From: Azolla caroliniana
Taxonomy: Eukaryota; Plantae; Polypodiophyta
DNA length: 64,000 nucleotides
Direction of reading: 5' to 3'
Assembly (NCBI GenBank): GCA_043228905.1
Contig: JBHGNT010000010.1
Coordinates: 18,352,001 to 18,416,000, forward strand
This document shows positions 54,375-64,000 of the stretch, one piece after another; position 1 is the stretch's first letter; each line of letters begins with the position of its first letter. Position numbers and translations under genes: made by a program. The notes below the pieces were generated by a model that made no database searches, had not been told where the DNA came from, and saw only the letters and a list, made by a program, of their open reading frames with translations.

Positions 54375-54953
54375 ATTGCTTCTTACTACTCCACGATATG
54401 GCTCCGCCGCCGAGGGAGAAGATGAATCCTGATGTTGATTGTTTGTCGGCTTTGTAGCCGGGCCAGTCGGCGTCGGTGTACCCTTTGAGTCAAATCAGTG
54501 TGTCCGATCTATAGAGGATACCGAGGTTCGTTGTCTCACTCACATAGCATAACACTCACTTAGCACAATCTAGGTGAATGTTTTGTGGTGTTTGCATAAA
54601 CTGGCTAAGGAGACCAACTGGGTAGCTGAGGTTGGGCTGAGTGATGGTGAGATAGATAAGGCTTCCGACTAGTCGACGATAGAAATTCGGCTCACACTCT
54701 TCTGTGCCGGAATTGGCATCTAGCCTTAGATTTTGATTGAGCGGGGTAGTGATGGGCTTACACTCTGTCATCCCAAACCTGTAAAGAAGATTGAGGATAT
54801 AGTGACGTTGGGAGATCATGATGCCATCAGGCGTTTGAATTACTTCTATCCCCAGAAAGTAATGAAGCTCTTTCATGTCTTTCATTTTGAATCGGCCGAA
54901 GAGTATCTTCTTGGTGTGTTCAATATCCCCGATGTGCTCTCCTCCAATGACCA
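54375..54953 (-). pseudogene. Copia RT C-terminal segment (piece 2)
   Basis: FKMKDMKELHYFLGIEV, YRRLVGSLIYLT, GAISWSSKKQ. Confidence 0.9.
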
Positions 54954-57900
54954 TGTTACGGGCATGACCATATAATATCCCGTGGTAAGAATTTACCGTA
55001 GTATTCTATACACGTGGATAAGTGTGAGGGTTAAACGAGAGTGTAAAGAAGGGGAGGATTACTTTGAATCCTCGGGATTGAGACAACCCATTAGGTCAAG
55101 TGTGAACTTGCCTGGGGGCCTTGGGTATCGCTATAAATAAGAGGCCTAGCTACCCTCATTTGATCATCTTTTGACTACATCGAGACTCTGCTCGTGTGGT
55201 GGGTCAACTCTTGTAGCGAGCGCGCCAGCACCAGGTACGACTCGACGCCACGGCGGTGGTATGGGACGCCGATCGAGGCTCGAGTCCGTCTCGATCCCTT
55301 CGCTCGGGGGTGGTCGGGTGGATCGGCACCCTTCTTTCTCTTTCTCCTTTCTATCTTTCATTTCTTTATCCTGATCTTAAGCTTACTTTAGTACTTAGAT
55401 CTATAATATTTGGTATCAGATTTTTGTACTAATGTTTCTTTGTTTTTCATTTGTCTTTTGATTGATGCTGATCGATCGGTGTGCGGTTGGCCTTGATCCA
55501 GACAACGATCAACAAAGAACTTCGGTAACTCTTTCCATAATTTTTCTTTCTATTCTCTCTTCTCCCATCTAATCATGTGTTTAATTTATATGTAATTTTT
55601 TTCATTAAGTCAATGATGTTGTTGTGGTCTTTAATTGATTATCTAAAACGTTTACATATGTGCACGAGGTCAATACCTCGTTTGATATATTAATAATATG
55701 TGATGAGTGTCGTATGCGTACGAGGTTAATACCTCAATTACGTATTACGTTCACGAACATATGTTACGTTTGCGTATGAGTTTAATACCTTGATTTGTTG
55801 TAAACGATATGTGTTTGGTCTCGTATGCGTAAGAGGTCAATACCTCAATTGCGTATTACGATGATCTCTTATTTGTGGATGTTTCGTGTGCGTAGAGGTA
55901 TATACCTTGATTACGTATCTCGGTCACATCATTTGTGGCTATTTACTATAACGATATGTTTAATATAGGCATATGTGGTCACATATATACGTATTTGATC
56001 GTATATATGTGATAAGTAAACATATGTGTATATTCGTTATTACGTGATTATATCGAAAGTTGTCACGGTCGGGAAAAGGATGTTGGTGGCCGTCCTCACA
56101 TTTTTGTGAGAATGGCGTTGTCACCATCCCTTTTTCAACAATTTTTTATTGTTGACAACCCCGTTGATGACCTCGATTTCGTTACGTAAAGAAACGCAAT
56201 AGCCATAATGATGTTGAGTACGTAGGGCTTGACCCACTTCAAGTGAGGTCGCTCCAATGACGCACGTATCCAACATCCCTCCCTCGTTACATGGATACGA
56301 TGCCACCATGAGCTCGTTCTTACGAGAGGCATTCGTAATGACGTGACCATGTGATGGCCCACGTGAGCCTACTACGAAACGAGGGCTCATTTGGCTTGAC
56401 CATTAGGTTGCACTTTGGCGTATGCCATCGTAATTACGAGACTTGAGGTTAGGTAACGTACCAACATAGTTTTGGTAAATGAGGGCGAAATAAGGACCCT
56501 TGACATATATGTTCTTTTAAAAAAACGTATATGATCAATTGCCTCGCATATCTCTTATACGCATCAAACATTAAACATTCGAGAAGAGCAACTTACTTGG
56601 TTGGCTCAAGTGTTTAATGTATTTGTTCTCGAGGTCTCGAGTTCAAATATGACCAAGACCATACAACATCCTTGATACATATGACTATAACACATGTTTA
56701 GACTTAAGGTCTAAGTGCACCTCGGGGTCCTCGTAATAGGACTTAAAGAGCCGAAACCACTTATGTGGGCACCGAAACATAGTTTATTGTTAACATTTTT
56801 TTCGTGTATAAACTATTCATGACGCGAACATACATGGTTGAGCCTCGGGGAGTCACCATGAAAAAATCGATATAGAGATCAGGGAAAGACATTTATTTGT
56901 CACCCCCATGGTTTTTAAAACACCTTTGTGTTACCATAGTAACCTGATCTTGAACCTCATCTCATACGTCTAGAGGGGTATTGACGTGAGATAATGATAT
57001 CGATTAATGCTTGCCCATGATATGTTTACATCACGACATGATGTTATGACTATATCTCTGACCTTATCCTATTTCTTTTCCAGAAATAATCTTTAATGGC
57101 TCAAATTAACGACCCGATGTCATCCGCTCAAGCGGAAGGAACTCAAGGGAATCCTCCTGGACAAATGTCCACTGAGATGTATTTGGCACAAATAACCCAA
57201 TACCTTAGTTTCACCGCTCAACAGATGACCGAACTTCGGCAATCTCAGAGTGCTCTTGAGGCACGTGTCATTAGTCTACAACGTGAGACTAATAGACCTG
57301 ATGAGCGACAGGGTGAACCATCATTTGTCGTTAAGCCATTTACGGGAGACAAAAAGGAAAGAACCGAAGAAGCAATCTGCACATGGCTGGGACGATGGGA
57401 GTCTCATTTTGAGCTCTATCCCACGCCAGATAGTACGAAGATTGCATATGTCGGCCGAGAACTCGGGGGTAAGGCCGCCGCCTGGTGGCGTGGCCTCCGT
57501 ACTATGGGGAAATTGCCCGATACCTGGACAGATTTTGTCACAGTTTTTAAGGGCCAATTTCTGCAACCTCCCTCTCGAACCGAGGCAGCACAAGCTTTAA
57601 TGAACCTCTCTAGCAGGAAATTTTCCTTGCTAGAAGACTATGTTCACCATGCTAGAACCCAAATCCAAAAATCGGGTCTAGAAGGGGACAATTGGTTGAT
57701 AGTTTGTTTTGTCAATGGCATCCCCAATTCGGACTATCATTGGATAGTGCACGATAAGGATCCAAAATCCTTCGAAGAGGCCGTTGAAATAGCTCTTCGC
57801 TATCAACGCACTTCGAAGAAGGACCATAACAAACCCAACGAAGCGCCCAGGACTAAGCAGTCGCAATTTGTTGGGAAACGCAAGACACCCAACGAATTCC

Positions 57901-60900
57901 TAGATCGCGATTGTAAGCGACAACATCCTTTTTGTGTATTCTACAAAAAGAAGGGTCATACAAAAGATCAATGTCGAAAGCTCCAACGGAAAGAGCATGA
58001 CAACAAAGCTAAAGCTGCAGACCATAAAGGTCAGATTCCTAATGTCCTTTAGGTCTATACACATCATTTAAGTAATGGTCAATGTTCTTTCCCTCACTAT
58101 GTATTGGGTCCCAATGATTTACTATGTGCAAACGGGTATATCAATGGATCTCCCGTACAATTTTTATTTGATTCGGGAAGCTCACACAATTTTGTGAATG
58201 ATCGTTTGGTTCAGATATGGGGAATCCAACCCACCGTAAGTGATCACACCTACACGGTGCACTTGGCTGATGGAAGAGTACAATACATCAACGGGGCGAT
58301 TCATTCATTAGGAATTTCTATTGATACTTATATAGAGGAAGTAGACTTCCATGTAATGAATCTTTGTACCACCGATGTAATACTGGGTTATCCCTGGTTT
58401 TATAATAAAAACTCTTCTTTATTTATTGATTGGGTTCGTCATTCCATTTCTTTTGTACTGAACGATTGTACGCATTTTATTCAATGTGTAAAAAAACAAT
58501 CCCTCTCGATTGTTTCCTCGTGTCCATCAATATCCGAGTTGTCTTGTTCTACGTTATTTTATTGTGTACTTGATCCGGACATTCACGTTTACAATATCGA
58601 TAATGTCCCGATTCAATTAACATATTTTGAACAACAACAACTTGATGAAATCTTAAATGATTTTCATGATGTTTTTCCAAGTGAACTACCTGATGGGTTA
58701 CCTCCTAAACGTAATATAGACCATCATATAGATATTGTACCTGGTGTTGCACCAATAAGTATACTTCCGTATCGCTTAAGTCGATTCGAAGAAGATGAGG
58801 TATCTAAGCAACTCAAGGACTATTTACGAATGGGTTATATACGTTATAGTAAATCTCCATGGGGTGCACCAGTTCTCTTGGTTAAAAAGAAAGAGGGCAC
58901 ATGGCGTATGTGTATTAATTACTGACGCTTAAATAAAGTGACGATCAAGAATTCGCATCCATTGCCCCGGGCTGACGATCTAATTGACCGTCTCCAGGGA
59001 GCTCGGTATTTTACGAAACTTGATCTCCGTACTGGCTACCATCAAATACGAATAAGTGAGGACGATGTTCCTAAAACGGCATTTCGTACGCGCTATGGCC
59101 ATTACGAGTTTTTGGTTATGCCTTTTGGTTTGACCAATGCTCCGGCTACTTTTCAACAAGAAATGAATGACATTTTCCGAGAACAACTTGGAAAATTTGT
59201 CGTTATTTTCTTGGATGATATTTTAGTTTATAGCCGTACATTACAAGAACATGCTAGACATGTACGCTTTGTTTTACAAACATTGCGTGACAAAAAGTTT
59301 TATGCGAAGATCTCAAAATGTGAGTTCTTCAAGAAATCAATTACTTATCTAGGACATCTCATAACCGAACGAGGAGTTGAAATTGATCCTTCTCGCATTG
59401 AGAAAATCAAGCTTTGGCCCACTCTTCGGAATATTCAAGAAGTTCGATCATTCCTTGGTTTTGTGGGGTTTTTGCGAAAGTCTCTTCGTAATTACTCCCA
59501 ATTGACGACGCCGTTTACTGATCTTTTAAAAGGTCAAACGCGTAAGTCTACAAAACCTATTGTGTGGAATGCTACACTAGACCTTGCCTTTAACGAATTC
59601 AAGGACTTGGTTTGCAAGGCTCCTTCACTTCTTTTACCCGATCCTTCAAAACCTTTTGAGGTTGAAACCGATGCAAGCGATTATGCTATAGGTGCTGTCT
59701 TGTATCAAGATGGTAAACCAATAGCATTCGAGAGTAAGAAACTTGATTCTGCTCAATGTCGGTATACCGTTCAAGAAAAGGAATTATTTGCAGTTATACA
59801 TGCGCTCAAAACATGGCGCCATTATCTTTATGGAAATCACTTTGTGGTAACTACGGACCACGAGTCCTTGAAATATTTTTGTGACCAACAAGACCTGAAA
59901 GGTCGTAAGGCACGATGGGCTGATCTCATCCAGGACTTTGATTTTTCCATACGATATCGTAAAGGTTCCATGAACACTGTCGTTGATGCACTAAGTCGCA
60001 TCCGTGAAGTTAACACGCTTAGCTTCACTGAAATATCATCAGATCTTTATGATCACCTTCGAGGAAAGTATCCTGATGACAGTTATTTCGCAAAATACTG
60101 GGCAAGAGTTGAGTCTGGAACAGACACCACCACATCCTCGAAGGAATACTTCCACATTGCTAACGGTTTGCTCTACCGTAATGGGAAGGTTTGTGTTCCA
60201 GATTTACCCGAGGCCAAAAAGAGGATTCTTTTTTAATGCCATGATGCACCCTCAGCAGGGCACCCTGGAATACATCGTACACTCGTTCTCATCTCCACTC
60301 AATTTTATTGGCCTAAGATGCATCCTGACATACATAGCTATGTGACTAAATGTCACCAGTGTCAGGTTAACAAAGCCGAGCGACTTAAAGCCGCAGGACT
60401 TTTACATCCCTTGGACATTCCCAATAATAAGTGGGAAAGTATATCCATGGATTTTATTGTTAGCCTTCCTCGCACCCAAAAAGGTCATGATGCCATCTGG
60501 GTTGTCGTTGATCGACTAACTAAAATGGCCAGATTTATTGCTACTAAAACCACGGTAACAACTCCTGAATTGGCTTACCAATTCGTTGATGAATTGTTTC
60601 GTTTTTATGGGTTACCGATGGATATCGTGAGTGATCGAGATCCAAAGTTTACTAGTGACTTCTGGACACAAGTCTTTAAGAAGTTAGAAACTACGTTGAG
60701 CATGAGCTCCACGGATCATCCTCAATCCGATGGACAGACAGAACGAGTAAATCAAATTATTGAGGACATGCTTCGAGCATACGTTGGTGCAAAACCAACA
60801 AAATGGGAACGTTATCTCCCAATTTTGGAGTTTGCTTATAACAGCTCCAAGCATACGTCGACGGGATATAGTCCTTTTATGTTGATGTATGGTTTTCAGC

Positions 60901-61970
60901 CACGAGCTCCGATTGATGTTAATATACATCATGATGAGTTGCGAAGTACGCAAAACTTTCTTCGGGATATGCAAGATATGTTGCATATTGCACGAGATAA
61001 TATAAAAACAGCTCAAGATAGAGCGCGTTTTTATGCCGATCATCATAGGCAACCTCGTGTATTCAACCCTGGACAAAAGGTATTTTTACGTGTACCTCAC
61101 AATTCTAAGACATTGTCTACGGGTAAGTGCGCTAAGTTAGCCCCACGGTTTTGTGGACCTTTTACAGTCCTCAAACGCATTGGGTCATCAACCTATCGTC
61201 TCGCTCTTCCCAATGGTGTCGGAATTCATCCAGTCTTTCATGTGAGTCGTCTAAAAGAACTTCTAGGTTCTGGCGACAATACAGTTACGACTGAAATTCT
61301 GGTTACTTCTGAAGAATTATCTTCTAAACCACATGTACCAGAAAGAATTCTCGATGTTAAAACAAAAAAATTACGTACTAAAGAAATCCGAGAATTTAAA
61401 ATAAAATGGATGGATAAATCAATAAAAGATGCCACATGGGAACGCGAAAATACTCTTAGAACTAACTTCCCTAACTATCCATTGCAAGAGTGCAATGTTT
61501 TAAAGAGGGGGAGTATGTTACGGGCATGACCATATAATATCCCGTGGTAAGAATTTACCGTAGTATTCTATACACATGGATAAGTGTGAGGGTTAAACGA
61601 GAGTGTAAAGAAGGGGAGGATTACTTTGAATCCTCGGGATTGAGACAACCCATTAGGTCAAGTGTGAACTTGCCTGGGGGCCTTGGGTATCGCTATAAAT
61701 AAGAGGCCTAGCTACCCTCATTTGATCATCTTTTGACTACATCGAGACTCTGCTCGTGTGGTGGGTCAACTCTTGTAGCGAGCGCGCCAGCACCAGGTAC
61801 GACTCGACGCCACGGCGGTGGTATGGGACGCCGATCGAGGCTCGAGTCCGTCTCGATCCCTTCGCTCGGGGGTGGTCGGGTGGATCGGCACCCTTCTTTC
61901 TCTTTCTCCTTTCTATCTTTCATTTCTTTATCCTTCTCTTAAGCTTACTTTAGTACTTAGATCTATAATA
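54954..61970 (+). mobile_element. Young full-length chromovirus gypsy B (tRNA-Met PBS)
   Basis: 455-bp LTRs 54954-55408 and 61516-61970 with about 3 differences; perfect TSD GACCA; PBS TGGTATCAGA at 55411; PPT aaagagggggagta. Confidence 0.95.
57096..61529 (+). pseudogene. Element B single-frame gag-pol with chromodomain; three in-frame stops
   Basis: All four ORFs are in one frame with stops at 58050, 58923 and 60234; LFDSGSSHNF, FLDD, VETDASD, SMDFI, VPERILD...FKIKW..DATWE. Confidence 0.92.
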
Positions 61971-62397
61971 GACCAAGTCGTCCACATAAATTATAATGAT
62001 ATAGCTATCCTCTGGAGTCGTTTCGGATGAACTGGGAATTGTCAAACTTGGACACTTTGAAGCCAATTTAGTGAAGATATTGGAGAAAGGCGTTCTTCAC
62101 GTCCATTTGGTGGAGGTGTCACCCATCGGCTGTTGCAAGCGTGATCACGGCTCGGATGGTTATCATCTTTGCCACCGGGGCAAAGGTCTCTGCGTAATCA
62201 ACCCCGTGTGTCTGCGCATACTCTTTTGCCACAAGCCGGGCCTTATACCGATTGACGGTGCCGTTGGCATTGTGCTTCACCATGAATATTCATCGACATA
62301 CGATTGTCGTTTAATGGGGGGAAGGGGGGACGAGATCCCATGTCTCATTTTTGGAGAGTGCTTGCATCTCCTCATTCATCGCTTCAACCCATCACGG
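61971..62397 (-). pseudogene. Copia RT N-terminal segment (piece 3)
   Basis: Minus strand reads ARLVAKEYAQTHGVDYAETFAPVAK and IIYVDDLV; continuous with piece 2 across the GACCA TSD. Confidence 0.88.
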
Positions 62398-63621
62398 TGT
62401 CGTGGAGAAAACTGTCCCTAGGCGGAAACCGGGTATAACGTGCATAAACCACTCCTTACACGTGGGCACAAGTTTTGTTGTATAGTACGCAGATAGGTAC
62501 AAGTCGGCTGAGGTGAAATCCTAGGTAGCACACATTCAGTAGGGAGAAAATCGAGGCGTATCCCTGTCCGAAAGGGCAGGGAATAAACATGATGTAACGG
62601 GTGGTAACGACCTCCCTCCTTGGGCTATAAAAGAGAGGGAGAGGTATTGAAAAGGGGGGATCGCGTTTGGGGAGGACGAAGTGCTGCCGCATTGGAACCG
62701 AGCTCTTCTTCTCTGTCTTCCCCATAGTCGTTTTGTGTAGGTTTTCGGGAGGCTGACTCTGCTCCGCGGAACGCCCGAGTGCTTCCGGTAGAGTCTCCAT
62801 CTCGCATTCTGTGCGTGCGTGCGTGTGTGTGCAGGCGTCAGAGCCTATCACTCGCCAGCTTGCCGGTTGTAACTCCTTGATTTATATATACATATACATT
62901 CGTTCTGTCTCCATTGTTCAGAGTTAGTTGCGACTCCTGTGAATCTGTGTGTCTGTGCGCGTGTGAAGTACATCGGTAGTTTCCTTCCCCTCTTCTCATT
63001 CAGTTATTTCTCGGTCCAAGGCCCCCGTGGTCCCGCCTCGTTCTCCACGCACGCACGTAATAACATGAAATATTTGGTGAACCCGACATGAACAGGCGGC
63101 AGAGGAATAAAAAGATGAGAGGGTCGTATCTTGCAGAAGCCATGACTTCGGCCATGGATCATATAGTGAGTACGCGTGAAGGCACATGTGCCCTCGATAG
63201 GGCTATTGAAGCAGTCGTCGGCACGATAGGCCGGTTTGGTGGAAAGGACGCCACGAGCTATTTGGAGGCTTACCAAGCCGAAATAGTGATGAGGAATATC
63301 CCGGAGGACAGGCAACTGCCCGGATTCCCTCGGGTGGCGATGCCGGGCATCCACGCGGAGGTGCTTGAGGTACGGGCTGAGAGTTGGACCTGGGAAGAGT
63401 TTGAAGGTCGGCCCCCTGAAAAATACGGGCTTGATGATGCGCTTTGGCTATCGAAGCGGGACTTCATGGAATGGGTGGAGACCCCTGAAAAGGGGAGAAA
63501 CGCGTCGGTGCTCTTTCGGGAGTTTGAAGAACTCTTCGCACGTTTTTCGGAGTTGGACCGGACCGTACTGGACACAAGTTGTGTCCTATTGCTCGTTAAA
63601 TCAGTGGACGTAAGGGACCGA
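62398..63621 (+). mobile_element. 5' LTR, tRNA-Trp PBS and start of gag of an element-C-related gypsy
   Basis: LTR ~62398-63065; PBS TGGTGAACCCGACATGAA at 63075-63092; gag GRFGGKDATSYLEAY is homologous to GQFDGRNVTKFLDAY. Confidence 0.82.
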
Positions 63622-64000
63622 TGTCGTGATGTGGCGTGCTTGAGGGTGGGAAAAACCGGCAAAAGGGGGGTCAAAATGTGCATGTGCAATGTGTGTGCAC
63701 ACAGAGGTGATTAATTGTACATATGCAAAATAAAAAGGAAAAGAAAGGGTGGAAAGGAGGTATAGAAGCTCGTGCAAAAAGTAAGAGAGAGGAGAGATAA
63801 AAGGTAGAGGGGAGACAGACTATTAATTTATAGAGATAGAATTATATATCATTATATGAGAGAGAGTTAGTGGGCTAGTGGATAGTCACATTGACTATTA
63901 GTTGAAGGTGTATAGTTCGAATTTAGTCTTACAGTGTAGCGTGATTTAAGGAATTTTATTCCTTTTTCATTGAAGACAAATTTGGCGACCCTTCCTTTTT
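63622..64000 (-). mobile_element. LTR of a further nested element (runs off the window)
   Basis: Begins TGTCGTG and interrupts the gag; minus-strand TATAAAT at ~63826-63832. Confidence 0.6.
63864..63936 (+). ncRNA. tRNA-like cassette in LTR U3
   Basis: TGGGCTAGTGG A box with paired D stem (GGCT/AGTC), AGGTG variable loop, GTTCGAAT B box; T8-T54 distance of 45 nt. Confidence 0.6.

Overview
Eukaryotic, AT-rich, repeat-dominated window. The transposon lineages suggest a seed-free land plant such as a fern (inference). There is one host gene: an intron-containing JmjN/JmjC/C5HC2 histone demethylase (JMJ13/JMJ706 type) on the minus strand, ~7.9-13.6 kb. Upstream in the window is a decayed Sola-like DNA transposase interrupted by a solo LTR, followed by a Copia remnant. 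From 24 kb to the end lie LTR retrotransposons, mostly a nest four levels deep: a Copia is split by two Ty3/gypsy elements, and one of these holds a Tcn1-like chromovirus (itself holding a gag-protease-only element), a tRNA-Trp-primed gypsy, solo LTRs and an L1 fragment. The most striking pattern is that five distinct LTR families each carry a tRNA-gene-like cassette (A and B boxes in exact tRNA spacing) in U3, upstream of the TATA box and facing away from it. Also notable: Tf1-style 11-nt self-priming in a Tcn1-like element and in a non-coding partner element, heat-shock-element arrays in the Tcn1 LTR, an inverted LTR copy forming a long hairpin, and a gypsy whose two LTRs both end TG...TA.
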